Source of the DNA: Planctomycetota bacterium
GTDB taxonomy: Bacteria > Planctomycetota > Planctomycetia > Pirellulales > Lacipirellulaceae
Reading direction: 5' to 3'
Assembly: GCA_024278955.1 (NCBI GenBank)
Contig: JAJRSE010000050.1
Location: forward strand, 1,474 to 65,473
Length of the DNA stretch: 64,000 nucleotides
The stretch's first letter is position 1, and every line of letters starts with the position of its first letter. This document shows, in pieces, positions 29,299-38,316 of the stretch. The position numbers and the translations under genes are program-made. A model generated the notes under the pieces. The model searched no databases. It saw nothing but the letters and a program-made list of their open reading frames with translations, and was not told where the DNA came from.

Positions 29299-30192
29299 TC
29301 ACGCAAGTCTCTGAGCTTGCTCAACAATTCCGATGCCAACAAGCTCATCCCAAGCCGCCAGCAATTTTTTGAAAACCGGCCCCGGCGTCCCTGCTGCTAA
29401 CGGCTGGCCTTCGATGCGCACGATCGGCAGCAAACAACTCGACGTACTTGTCAGGAAAGCTTCGTCTGCCGCAGCAAGTTGTTCTGGCAGCAAGTCGTCT
29501 TCGCAGCAAGGAATCTCCAACGAAGCAGCCAGCTCAAACAGCACTTGCTGGCTAACGCCGGGCAGGACCTTACTTCGCGGTGGCGTCACAAGACCTCGGC
29601 CCTCGAAGTAAGCCACCAAATTAGCCGTCGAGCCTTCGCCGACGTACCCTTCTTGGTCGAGCAACAACGCTTTCGACCCAGGCGACTTGGCTTGAGCCTG
29701 CTGATCGGCCAAATAGTAGTGCATCCGACTACGACACTTCAACTCCGCAGGCCAGCACTCCGAAGGAACCTGCCGAACATCAACAATCACCGCCTCCACG
29801 CCGCTTTCGTACTCACGTACCCAATTACGGAAGGGCAGGGGGTGTCCATGAACACAAACGGTCGGCTGCCGAGCGTCGCTCGTCGAGCCAGGCGTGATAA
29901 AAACTACCACGCTACAGTCGTTGCCACCCTCAGTAAGCGAGGCATTCCGCGGTAGGAAATTTTCGCACACCACAGAAACTTGCTCGCAAATCGCGGAAGC
30001 ATCCCAGCCGACTATTTCCAACGAGCGGCGCAATCGTTCGAGATGGTCGTCCAACCGAAAAATCTTTCCCGAAAACGTACGCATCCTCTCCACAACCGTC
30101 GCCCCCAGCAAAAAACCAAGGTCATCGATCGGCAAGCACAGCGCCTCGGAGGGAATCCAGCGGCCGTTTAGGTAAGCAGTCGTATCAAGCAT
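29299..30192 (-). CDS. Aminotransferase class IV (BCAT/PabC/D-AAT-like)
   Basis: YLNGRWIP, DLGFLLG..V.E.MRT, IFRLDDHLERL, LKCRSRMHY, GEGSTAN, LPGVSQ, DEAFLTST. Confidence 0.9.
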   Translation of the reverse strand: MLDTTAYLNGRWIPSEALCLPIDDLGFLLGATVVERMRTFSGKIFRLDDHLERLRRSLEIVGWDASAICEQVSVVCENFLPRNASLTEGGNDCSVVVFITPGSTSDARQPTVCVHGHPLPFRNWVREYESGVEAVIVDVRQVPSECWPAELKCRSRMHYYLADQQAQAKSPGSKALLLDQEGYVGEGSTANLVAYFEGRGLVTPPRSKVLPGVSQQVLFELAASLEIPCCEDDLLPEQLAAADEAFLTSTSSCLLPIVRIEGQPLAAGTPGPVFKKLLAAWDELVGIGIVEQAQRLA

Positions 30193-30286
30193 CCCCCTAA
30201 TATGACAGGCTTAGCAACCAGCGCGTAGGCCCATCAGCCAGAATCTCCCCCCAGCCACAAGGTAAATGACAACCTCAGCAATTCAA

Positions 30287-30310
30287 GCCCAGGGATTGCA
30301 ATCCCTGGGC
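30287..30310. repeat. Perfect 24-bp palindrome, copy 2
   Basis: Identical to 32-55. Confidence 0.85.
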
Positions 30311-30582
30311 TGCATTTTGGTGTAACGATTTTTCAACACCCCTCCCAAAGAATGTTGCGAAAAATCATCGCGCTGAATTTGCACATCATCCAGAGTGTTG
30401 TAGAGTTGCTAGGCCCACCGTTTTTGCAAGCATGCAGCGGTTCTGACGATTACCCACCGATTGGGGCTTTCACCAGGAACGTCCTGAAGCCACGTCAAAC
30501 CAAATCGTTACAACCGCTTCCCTGCAAGACACCCACCCCCGCCAAGCCGCTCTGACCATGAGCACCCTCCGTGGAGTAGACG

Positions 30583-31029
30583 ATGATGAGGAATACACTA
30601 GTTCTATTGGCCTTAGTTGTTGTGACAACCGCAAGCGCCGGCTGTAGCAGTCGCCCATGCCGAAACCTGTTCCGACGTGGCTCGCCATGCTTGGGCACTA
30701 CGAGAATTGCTCCCGCAATGATGGGTGCGCCCATGGCAATCGCTGCCCCCCTCCCTGCAGCTCAGCCCGTCGTGATGCCGCAGATGATACAACAACCCTG
30801 CTGCCCTCAGGTTCCAGCTTGCGTCCCTTGCCCAAATGAATGCATGCCATGCGAGTCGGAAGGCCAGCAGTTTCAAGGCGAGTACTTCGGTGGCTACCTC
30901 GAAGGAAGCGTCGTAGGCGATTGCCAGGACTATGGGCCGGTCACAACTTACGGCCTAGAAACACAGAACGTAACTCCTCCTGGCGGATCGGGAACAAGAA
31001 CCGACCCGGGACCCACCACACAAAACTAA
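30583..31029 (+). CDS. Cys/Pro-rich lipoprotein
   Basis: Hydrophobic signal ending SAGC; CCPQVPACVPCPNECMPC. Confidence 0.7.
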   Translation: MMRNTLVLLALVVVTTASAGCSSRPCRNLFRRGSPCLGTTRIAPAMMGAPMAIAAPLPAAQPVVMPQMIQQPCCPQVPACVPCPNECMPCESEGQQFQGEYFGGYLEGSVVGDCQDYGPVTTYGLETQNVTPPGGSGTRTDPGPTTQN

Positions 31030-31206
31030 CGCATTATTCGTTGTCCCGTTTGGCTCCGTTGGCAGAGAAACCACTTTCCCGCTTCCCAACTGCTGGGTCT
31101 GCCAAAACCAACGCGACACACCGATTAAAGACGCCTCGGCGTAAAAACAAAAAAACACCAAACCGCGTCCGCCTGTGCCATCCTGAACACGGGCGGGCCG
31201 GTTTCG

Positions 31207-31276
31207 ACCCGCACAAAAAGCAGTACTCATTTGCTGGAAACCAGCGTCAATGATTATTGCTGGTGCGGGTTTTTTT
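31207..31276 (+). terminator. Long bulged hairpin with T-tract upstream of mscS
   Basis: ACCCGCAC...GTGCGGGT followed by T7; inner stems AGCAGTA/TATTGCT, TCATT/AATGA, GCTGG/CCAGC. Confidence 0.65.
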
Positions 31277-31331
31277 ATGTCTCGGCAATAGGCCCACAGC
31301 CTCACCCGAAGAACTTGCGAGGAACTAGACA

Positions 31332-33068
31332 ATGCGATTCGCAATTGGCAACAGCTTTACCATTTTCGCATCTCTCTTGTTCGCATACTTCGTGCCTTTG
31401 CAGCCGACTTGCGCGGTCGCTCAAAAAATCGGAACCATCCGAGCGGCTGACACCTCAAGCCCGCGGGACACTCTGAAAAGTTTCATTGATGCCTGCAACG
31501 AACTCAACGAGCTTATCCGCAACGAAAAGTTTCTCGACCAAAGCAAGCCGAATCATCGTGCTACGACTCAGAGGGTTATCGATTGCATCAACATGAGCCA
31601 GCTTCCTGCCTTTGCCCGCAAAGACCGAGCAGCCGAAGTTGCCGTCTGCCTCAAGGAAATACTCGATCGCGTTGACTTACCCGCCTGGGATCAAATCCCC
31701 GACACCAAGGAAATCGAGTCCGCCGGCGGACTCGAAAAACTCTCGACCTGGAGAATTCCCGACACAAGAATTACGATTGCCCGCGTTGAACAGGGATCTC
31801 AGAAGCACGAGTATCTTTTTTCCACTGGAACCGTGGATCGTGCCGTCGAGTATTTTCATACGATGGAGTCCCGCCCGTATCGCACCGAAGGGCCAACGAC
31901 TTCCCAAGGTCTGTTTCGATGGTTTATGTCGGCGCCAGGCCATCCTGCAGTTGCCGCCGTCATCGAACGTCTGCCAAAGCGAATCCAGCATAGTAGCTTT
32001 TTGGGGCTGACCACTTGGAAATGGCCAGGGCTTCTCCTCTCGGCGCTAATCGCAATTGCCACCATGGGTTTGGCCTACCGCGTCCAGCGTGCTCTCGCCA
32101 GTCGTCTTCAAGGCAAAAGTGTCTTCAAGTTCTGTTTGACCCTGGTGCTGCCCATCTTCGCAATGCTAACCCCCTTCGTCTTCAGGCATTTTGTCCAATA
32201 CTATCTGACGATCCGAGGCACTCCGTTGTATGTCGTTGGTTTCGTAGCCAACTTACTAGCCCTGCTGGCCGCGGTCGTGGTTGTCTTCGCCTTCTCTCAA
32301 CGCGTCGCAGAGATCATCATCGCCTCACCTCGAATCAATCCCAAAGGCCTCAACGCGCAGCTTATTCGAATCGTCTCGCGATTGATGAGTGTCTTTCTCG
32401 TAGTGGCTCTCTTTCTTGCCGGAGGGCAATACCTTGGTATCAACATCGCCACCCTAGTTGCCAGTGCAGGAATCGGGGGAATTGCCCTCGCTCTCGGAGC
32501 ACAAGACACCTTGAAAACTCTTTTTGGCACGCTTGCCCTCATGGGAGACAAGCCCTTCCGAGTCGACGATCGCATCCAATTTGGCAAGTACGATGGCATC
32601 GTAGAAGATATCGGCCTTAGGTCTACCAAAATACGACTCCTCACAGGCCACCTTGTCACGATTCCCAACGACCAACTCGCCGGCAGCGATATCGAAAACA
32701 TCGGTCTCCGTAATACAATTCGCAGGAAAGCAGAAATACATATCCCGCTCAACACCACGAGCGAAAAGCTTGAGAAAGCCGTGGCCATTATCCGCGAGAA
32801 GCTCGCAGACCACGAAGGAAGCACCCCAGATCTCCCACCACGAGTCTTTTTCGACGATTTCAAAGAAGACGCTTTCGTCATTCGTTTTTTCTACTGGTAC
32901 TCGCCTCCCGATTACTGGCAATTCATGGCTTTCGGGGAAAAACTAAATTTCGAAATTTTCCGCGCTTTCGAGCAACACGAAATCCACTTCTCCTTACCCT
33001 CTCGACACTCCTACTGGCAACAAGACCAGCAGCAAGGCTCACTCAACGTAAAAGTTCTCAGCGACTGA
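31332..33068 (+). CDS. mscS: MscS family mechanosensitive channel with periplasmic N-terminal domain
   Basis: SSPRDTLKSF; AGIGGIALALGAQDTLK, DKPFRVDDRI, GIVEDIGLRSTKIR, VTIPN. Confidence 0.92.
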   Translation: MRFAIGNSFTIFASLLFAYFVPLQPTCAVAQKIGTIRAADTSSPRDTLKSFIDACNELNELIRNEKFLDQSKPNHRATTQRVIDCINMSQLPAFARKDRAAEVAVCLKEILDRVDLPAWDQIPDTKEIESAGGLEKLSTWRIPDTRITIARVEQGSQKHEYLFSTGTVDRAVEYFHTMESRPYRTEGPTTSQGLFRWFMSAPGHPAVAAVIERLPKRIQHSSFLGLTTWKWPGLLLSALIAIATMGLAYRVQRALASRLQGKSVFKFCLTLVLPIFAMLTPFVFRHFVQYYLTIRGTPLYVVGFVANLLALLAAVVVVFAFSQRVAEIIIASPRINPKGLNAQLIRIVSRLMSVFLVVALFLAGGQYLGINIATLVASAGIGGIALALGAQDTLKTLFGTLALMGDKPFRVDDRIQFGKYDGIVEDIGLRSTKIRLLTGHLVTIPNDQLAGSDIENIGLRNTIRRKAEIHIPLNTTSEKLEKAVAIIREKLADHEGSTPDLPPRVFFDDFKEDAFVIRFFYWYSPPDYWQFMAFGEKLNFEIFRAFEQHEIHFSLPSRHSYWQQDQQQGSLNVKVLSD

Positions 33069-33081
33069 TCCTCTCAAAACT

Positions 33082-33201
33082 GCGAGTACAGGTCTTGATG
33101 CGTGCCTCGTGCATTTGGCGGTAACTGCTCTCGATGCCAAAACGTGTGCGGTACATCTCGCGAATCTTTCGCGGCGTGAGCCTGACTTTCCAGCCAATGA
33201 T
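33082..33201 (-). mobile_element. Internal fragment of an IS4-superfamily (ISH3-like) DDE transposase
   Basis: TPRKIREMYRTRFGIESSYRQMHEARIKTCTR matches the Y-x2-R-x3-E-x6-K/R (YREK) region; no full ORF. Confidence 0.7.
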
Positions 33202-33473
33202 TGGCACAGCCGTAACACGATGGCCCGTGCCATGCGTGAATGGACCTTCATAAGCCGTGTTCCTCAGCTTGCTATTTACAGCCATGTCGACACTCCCTCG
33301 CCAAAGCCGTAATTCCATTGAATGTCGGATCAAATCTGATTAGTATCCTAGGAGAGAAGTCGACGCCAAAGAGAACTTCCCCTGAAGCAAGTCCTTCGTT
33401 GCGAGTTCATGGCTTCTTAAGTTTATTGCCGAGTTAACCTGCCATCACGCGCAACATCCCGAAACCGCATTCG

Positions 33474-34757
33474 ATGCCCCAAATAAAATCTCTTTTGCTT
33501 TCCCGCGGTGCAACCCAGGGCATGCTCGCGCTTTTCGATCAGTCGATTGCCAGCGTCACCACTTTTCTCACGATGCTGCTGCTTGCTCAGTCCTGCTCGC
33601 AAGACGAGGTTGGCATTTATTCGCTCTGTTTTTCGCTTGTGATGCTTGCCAATGTGATTCAGGAGCGAGCGTTGCTGTCTCCCTATCTCGTTTTCGTTCA
33701 TCAACGAGAAAATCAATCTGACGACAAGCTGCTTGGTAGTACGTTGGTCCATCAAGCAGTCCTTGCCTTTCTAGTAACCCTCAGCGTGTCTGCTTACCTC
33801 GTTTACCTTTTTGTTTCCAATAGCAACCAGCAGATGACCACCAGTGTCGTGGTGCTGCTGTTTGCGACTCCGGCAATGATGTTGCGCGATTTTGTGCGTA
33901 CTATTTCTTTCACTCATTTGAAAATGCGAGGGGCCCTGGTGGTCGATGCCGCGGTCTTCGTCCTACAAATTGGCGGCATCGGCTTGCTTGCCTATCTCGA
34001 CTTATTGACGGTGCCTCGTGCGCTGCTTGTTGTCGGGGCCTCCTGTGCTGTCGCTACCGTCTTGTGGCTAGCAACCAAGCAACAGGATTTTTCTATCGAA
34101 TGGACGGAGGTCCCGGGAGATTGGAAAAAACATTGGGCCTATTCCAAGTGGCTGGTCGCGGGTCGGTTGCTCGGCAACGGCAGCCGACTGTTCATGCCTT
34201 GGGTTGTTGCCTGGATGATCGATCTCTCGTCGGCAGGCGCGCTCGCCGTTTGTGCCACGCTGGCGGGAATTTCGTGGGTTTTCGTCAGAGGAATCAACAA
34301 CCTCATGCGACCTCGCGCCGTGCAAGCATTAAACCATGGTGGCACCAAGGCTCTCGTAAGTGAACTCTCGTTGACTGCCATTATTTTCTCGATCTGCCTT
34401 GGCAGCATGTGTGTTGTTTATCTTTTTGCAGGCGACTGGCTGCTCCGCATTCTTTATGGGCCTGACTTTACCGACGCCACGCCGGCTCTTATCGTGCTCG
34501 GATTCAACACCCTCGCCACGAGCTTGGCCATGACCAGCTCCAACGGCTTGGCAGCCCTCGAACGACCCAAAGGCAACTTCCTAGGCGAAGCCGCAACCTT
34601 TGTTACGACGGTCGTCCTTGCCGTCCCGCTAATCAACGCCTACGGAATCACCGGCGCAGCAGGAGCCATTCTCGGCGGAAGCCTCGCCAGCGTGGTCGTC
34701 ATGACTGCGGTATTATCGCGCGAGCTGCGCACCCTCGACGCGACAACTGGTCGTTAG
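33474..34757 (+). CDS. Polysaccharide flippase (Wzx/MATE-like)
   Basis: About 12 hydrophobic segments; DQSIAS.TTF...LLA...S..EVGIY; no adjacent glycosyltransferases. Confidence 0.8.
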   Translation: MPQIKSLLLSRGATQGMLALFDQSIASVTTFLTMLLLAQSCSQDEVGIYSLCFSLVMLANVIQERALLSPYLVFVHQRENQSDDKLLGSTLVHQAVLAFLVTLSVSAYLVYLFVSNSNQQMTTSVVVLLFATPAMMLRDFVRTISFTHLKMRGALVVDAAVFVLQIGGIGLLAYLDLLTVPRALLVVGASCAVATVLWLATKQQDFSIEWTEVPGDWKKHWAYSKWLVAGRLLGNGSRLFMPWVVAWMIDLSSAGALAVCATLAGISWVFVRGINNLMRPRAVQALNHGGTKALVSELSLTAIIFSICLGSMCVVYLFAGDWLLRILYGPDFTDATPALIVLGFNTLATSLAMTSSNGLAALERPKGNFLGEAATFVTTVVLAVPLINAYGITGAAGAILGGSLASVVVMTAVLSRELRTLDATTGR

Positions 34758-34984
34758 TTGTAAGTGTCTTGTTTTCTAACGACTCCTCCTTCCAACGGAC
34801 ACAAAATTCCTGATCGCCTCAAAGAGGTTCTCTCTCATGTTGAATTACTTTTCACGGAATCGCGCAAGGGGACCGATTATTTGATCTTCTGTCGTTGATT
34901 TGCTACAAAATTCGCTATACTCGTGGGCTGTTTAGCGAAGGGGTTCTTAGTGCTTTGACTCGAAACCAAACGTAGGGTAAGACG

Positions 34985-35665
34985 ATGAATATCTGGACCA
35001 AGCAATCTCATCTTCCTTCTTGTGTCGCTAGAACACTGCGTGGGAGCACCGCTTTATTTGCCGTGCTGGCCGCCTGTAGTGGATGCGGAGGCGGCCCCTC
35101 AGCACTTCCTGTGCCTAGCTACGACCCTGTAGGAGGGGCTAGCAAAGCCATGGAGCTGTACGATAAAGACGGCGATGGGATTGTGGATGAGGAGGAACTG
35201 AAAGCAGCCCCTGGCCTCAGGGCAGCGATGGCAACCCTGGATACAAACCAAGACGGGAAAGTCTCGGGAGAAGAAGTCGGCGACCGACTTCAAGCTTGGG
35301 AGAATGCACAAATTGGCTTGATGATGTTTTCCTGCGATGTCCTACTGAACGGTAAGCCGTTGCACGACGCGACCATTACACTCGACCCAGATAGTTTTCT
35401 GGAGGGAACGATCCAGCAAGCGGTAGGGACCACCTCGCTAGCCGGTTCGGCCAGACCAAAGATCCCCAAAGAAAACCGCCCTACCCCAGATTCTCCTCCT
35501 GGGCTCCAGGCAGGAATCTACAAAGTAAGAATCTCTAAAATGGTAAGTGGCAAAGAGACCATTCCCGCCAGATACAACACAGAAACCATCTTAGGGCAAG
35601 AAGTCTCGTTCGAGGATCCTTCTATTCGCGACAATCGGGTTGTTTACAAGCTCAAAAGCAAGTAG
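34985..35665 (+). CDS. EF-hand lipoprotein of the type usually paired with DUF1559 genes
   Basis: CSGCGG lipobox; DKDGDGIVDEEE and DTNQDGKVSGEE EF-hands; G.YKVRISK..ETIPARYNTET.LG tail. Confidence 0.8.
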   Translation: MNIWTKQSHLPSCVARTLRGSTALFAVLAACSGCGGGPSALPVPSYDPVGGASKAMELYDKDGDGIVDEEELKAAPGLRAAMATLDTNQDGKVSGEEVGDRLQAWENAQIGLMMFSCDVLLNGKPLHDATITLDPDSFLEGTIQQAVGTTSLAGSARPKIPKENRPTPDSPPGLQAGIYKVRISKMVSGKETIPARYNTETILGQEVSFEDPSIRDNRVVYKLKSK

Positions 35666-35779
35666 GCGATGCTTCGAGAGAGCTTTGCGATACTGTCCTA
35701 TGCATCAGAAGTAGTCGTTGGCTTCCGCCAGCGGCTGTTTCTGAATGTGACATCGGGGCATGACGTCGCGTTTGCTTGG

Positions 35780-36910
35780 CTATTCTGAAATGACTTGGCC
35801 ATCGAATCGGCTTGATTTGTAGCTATGCACAAAGGGGTCGACATCGTAATTGATGCCATGAACCGATCCGTCGCAAAGTACCATGTTAAATGTTCCCGGG
35901 TGAGCACTTCCCCAAATAAAGAAGTTCTTTAGCTTTGGCGTATCGGACCGCGGCTGGTAATCCTCCTGGCTTGCGGGAGTGTCCCAAACTGGGCTCCACG
36001 CTACTTTCTGATTATCCCATTCGTAGCCACAATAGGCTGCTTGGTTGGTGTTAAATGAAGAACCCTCCTCTCCGGGAGTGGGAGCCCCTTGATACTCATC
36101 CGGATTGATATGCCTTTCGCCAAAGAGGTACGTGTTCGATACTCCATCTTCAATATTTCGCGAGCTGACCTCACTACGGCAAAAAACAGTACCGTTCTGG
36201 CAAAGTCGAACTCGGTTTGCCTCAAGCCCGGAGGTCGGATTAGCGCAAAAGTCCATCGGGGCCGAAGCTAATTTTTGCTTAAAAGTCGCTTCAGCTCCCG
36301 AATAATCACCAGACAAGGCACTGGGGGCTCCTGAGAACCAAGCTGAACCGTCCGATTGAAAAGTTGTGCCGGAGTTTGCGCCGTAGTCACCTCGGAAAAT
36401 TCCGCTCGACTGAGCTAAGGGCCGAACCCAGCTCCCTAGATTCTTTACCGGGTTATTCCAACTCGCTTGCGACAGTCCAGAAGTGCCTCGAGACGGGCAA
36501 GTATAGGCCTGGACCGGAGTTGTAATGAGTAGTGTCATCGCATCACGATGTGCCGCAGAATTGATCGCTTGCCCAGACCCTAAATCGCGAAGGTTCTGCA
36601 TCTCCATAAACGACAATAGGCTATACATCCACCCACCAGGCTGATTTTTTCCATAACCACGATTCGAGTCGGGGCCCCAATCGAAGCTCCAACCACCAGA
36701 AGGATAAAAGCCATAGGCGCTCTCGTGATTGAGTGCGGCTAGTCCCAATTGTTTGAGATTGTTTTGACATTGCATTCGACGAGCCGCTTCGCGAGCCGCC
36801 TGGACTGCGGGAAGCAGTAGGGCAACCAACACGCCAATGATGGCAATCACGACCAGGAGTTCGACGAGTGTAAATCCGCGAACTCGAGAGTTTCTTTGTC
36901 TCATAGTCAT
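35780..36910 (-). CDS. DUF1559 prepilin-type N-terminal cleavage/methylation protein
   Basis: [48 protein letters not shown]; DGVSNT; H-X9-DG ([14 protein letters not shown]). Confidence 0.95.
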   Translation of the reverse strand: MTMRQRNSRVRGFTLVELLVVIAIIGVLVALLLPAVQAAREAARRMQCQNNLKQLGLAALNHESAYGFYPSGGWSFDWGPDSNRGYGKNQPGGWMYSLLSFMEMQNLRDLGSGQAINSAAHRDAMTLLITTPVQAYTCPSRGTSGLSQASWNNPVKNLGSWVRPLAQSSGIFRGDYGANSGTTFQSDGSAWFSGAPSALSGDYSGAEATFKQKLASAPMDFCANPTSGLEANRVRLCQNGTVFCRSEVSSRNIEDGVSNTYLFGERHINPDEYQGAPTPGEEGSSFNTNQAAYCGYEWDNQKVAWSPVWDTPASQEDYQPRSDTPKLKNFFIWGSAHPGTFNMVLCDGSVHGINYDVDPFVHSYKSSRFDGQVISE

Positions 36911-37068
36911 CGCTAGTTTCCTGTCATAGTTCAGCTAGATGCATCCAAACACGGCTGCGCCGTCCGTTCGCCGAACCCGGGTGATCTGACGAACGAACGG
37001 CGAGAGCCCAACAAGCAAAGCTGCCATCTATCTCTATAATTCTGGTTTGTACGATTGGTTCCGACGAC

Positions 37069-37128
37069 AGCTCAACATTCGAGTCGGGTGCCACTGCTGG
37101 CTTGCCCAGCAGCGATGAAATACCAGAA
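37069..37128. repeat. CACTGCTGG-family REP, reverse orientation
   Basis: Reverse complement reads TTCTGGTATTTCATCGCTGCTGGGCAAGCCAGCAGTGGCACCCGACTCGAATGTTGAGCT; both ends match 8464-8480 and 8544-8587. Confidence 0.85.
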
Positions 37129-37183
37129 CCACTTCGCTCTATGTCAATTCTTGGCAGTTTCAACAAATAAGGCAATGCGAGAC

Positions 37184-37210
37184 AGCGCAGATATTACTCG
37201 GTTTTGCGCA
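37184..37210. promoter_or_regulatory. Candidate operator AGCGCA-N15-TGCGCA upstream of DUF1559
   Basis: Same spacing as the sites at 39928-39954 and 43771-43797. Confidence 0.55.
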
Positions 37211-37242
37211 TCAGTAGCCTGCGGCATACTGGACTCCGTATC

Positions 37243-37292
37243 AAAAAAAGGGGGCTCGCGGCTCGGCATAACGCCTACACCTTGAGCCCCCC
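37243..37292 (-). terminator. Intrinsic terminator candidate downstream of the PEP-CTERM pair
   Basis: GGGGGCTC/GAGCCCCC stem with an A7 run on + (T7 on -). Confidence 0.55.
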
Positions 37293-37356
37293 GTCTACCT
37301 CTATCAAGTTTCAAAAACTGTCAAGCAAATCATCTTAATCCTCGTGCTTGAAGACC

Positions 37357-38244
37357 TTATCTTCTTCGACGCCCCAACAGGACCAGACCCCCCAGACCGA
37401 GCAGCATCATCGAAGCAGGTTCAGGGATCGCAGTCACCGAGAGATTGTCAAAGATGACAAAGTTAGACTGTAACGGAGTAGCAACCGAAGCAAACAAGTC
37501 CGCGTAGCTAAGACTGACTTGGTTACCATCGGAGCCATCGTAGGCTGTGGCGATGATCGGCGTCCCGTTGAACGCATAAGTAATCGTGCCAGCAAGTACC
37601 TCGACGGTAAGCGTAGCCCATCGGTTCCCAGGGGAACCAGGGAAGTCTCCGTCAGGGAAAATCGCCTGGTAAGTATCTCCCGTAGCGTTGGTCGTGTTCG
37701 TACTGTTCAGGTAGGTACTGTCACCACTGGGAACCGCAAGAACCGTCGGGGTGCTGTGGCGGAAGTCAGAAGCCGAGCCTCCCTCACCGGTGAAGGAGAC
37801 AAAATGACCGGCACCAGCAACAGGAGAGAAAATTGTGTTCACCGAGACTCCATCGCCAGCAACTCCGACGTTACCGAATTCGGTTGTTCCAAAGGAAGCT
37901 CCCACATTCATGTAGACATCCACCGAGAGAAGGTAGTTTGGCGCAGTCACCCCGATATTATTATAAATGGTGACCGCATCACTCGCGCCGACCGTATCAT
38001 TGGCTGTAATCCTTAGCCCAAGAGTTGTCCCGCCGTTGGCCGAAGGGATACCATCAGCCGAGTAGTCGTAGGCGAAATCAATGGTGCCATCGTGGTCCAC
38101 GCCACCACCCACAATGGTGTAGTCGCCGGACGTATCGGTATCGAAATCATCAGTAATAATTACAGCCGAGGCCGAGGCCGAAATCATTAGCCCAGCCGCT
38201 ACAGCAAACAGGGAGCAGGTAGCAACACGAGTGGTCATTTTCAT
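37357..38244 (-). CDS. PEP-CTERM surface protein (paralog 2)
   Basis: Signal peptide; IPEPASMMLLGLGGLVLLGRRRR. Confidence 0.92.
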   Translation of the reverse strand: MKMTTRVATCSLFAVAAGLMISASASAVIITDDFDTDTSGDYTIVGGGVDHDGTIDFAYDYSADGIPSANGGTTLGLRITANDTVGASDAVTIYNNIGVTAPNYLLSVDVYMNVGASFGTTEFGNVGVAGDGVSVNTIFSPVAGAGHFVSFTGEGGSASDFRHSTPTVLAVPSGDSTYLNSTNTTNATGDTYQAIFPDGDFPGSPGNRWATLTVEVLAGTITYAFNGTPIIATAYDGSDGNQVSLSYADLFASVATPLQSNFVIFDNLSVTAIPEPASMMLLGLGGLVLLGRRRR

Positions 38245-38316
38245 AAGACATCCCCTAAAAAAGAAAAAAACAGTATCCTAAAACAAGTACTAACAAACCT
38301 GAAACCAACTTAACTA

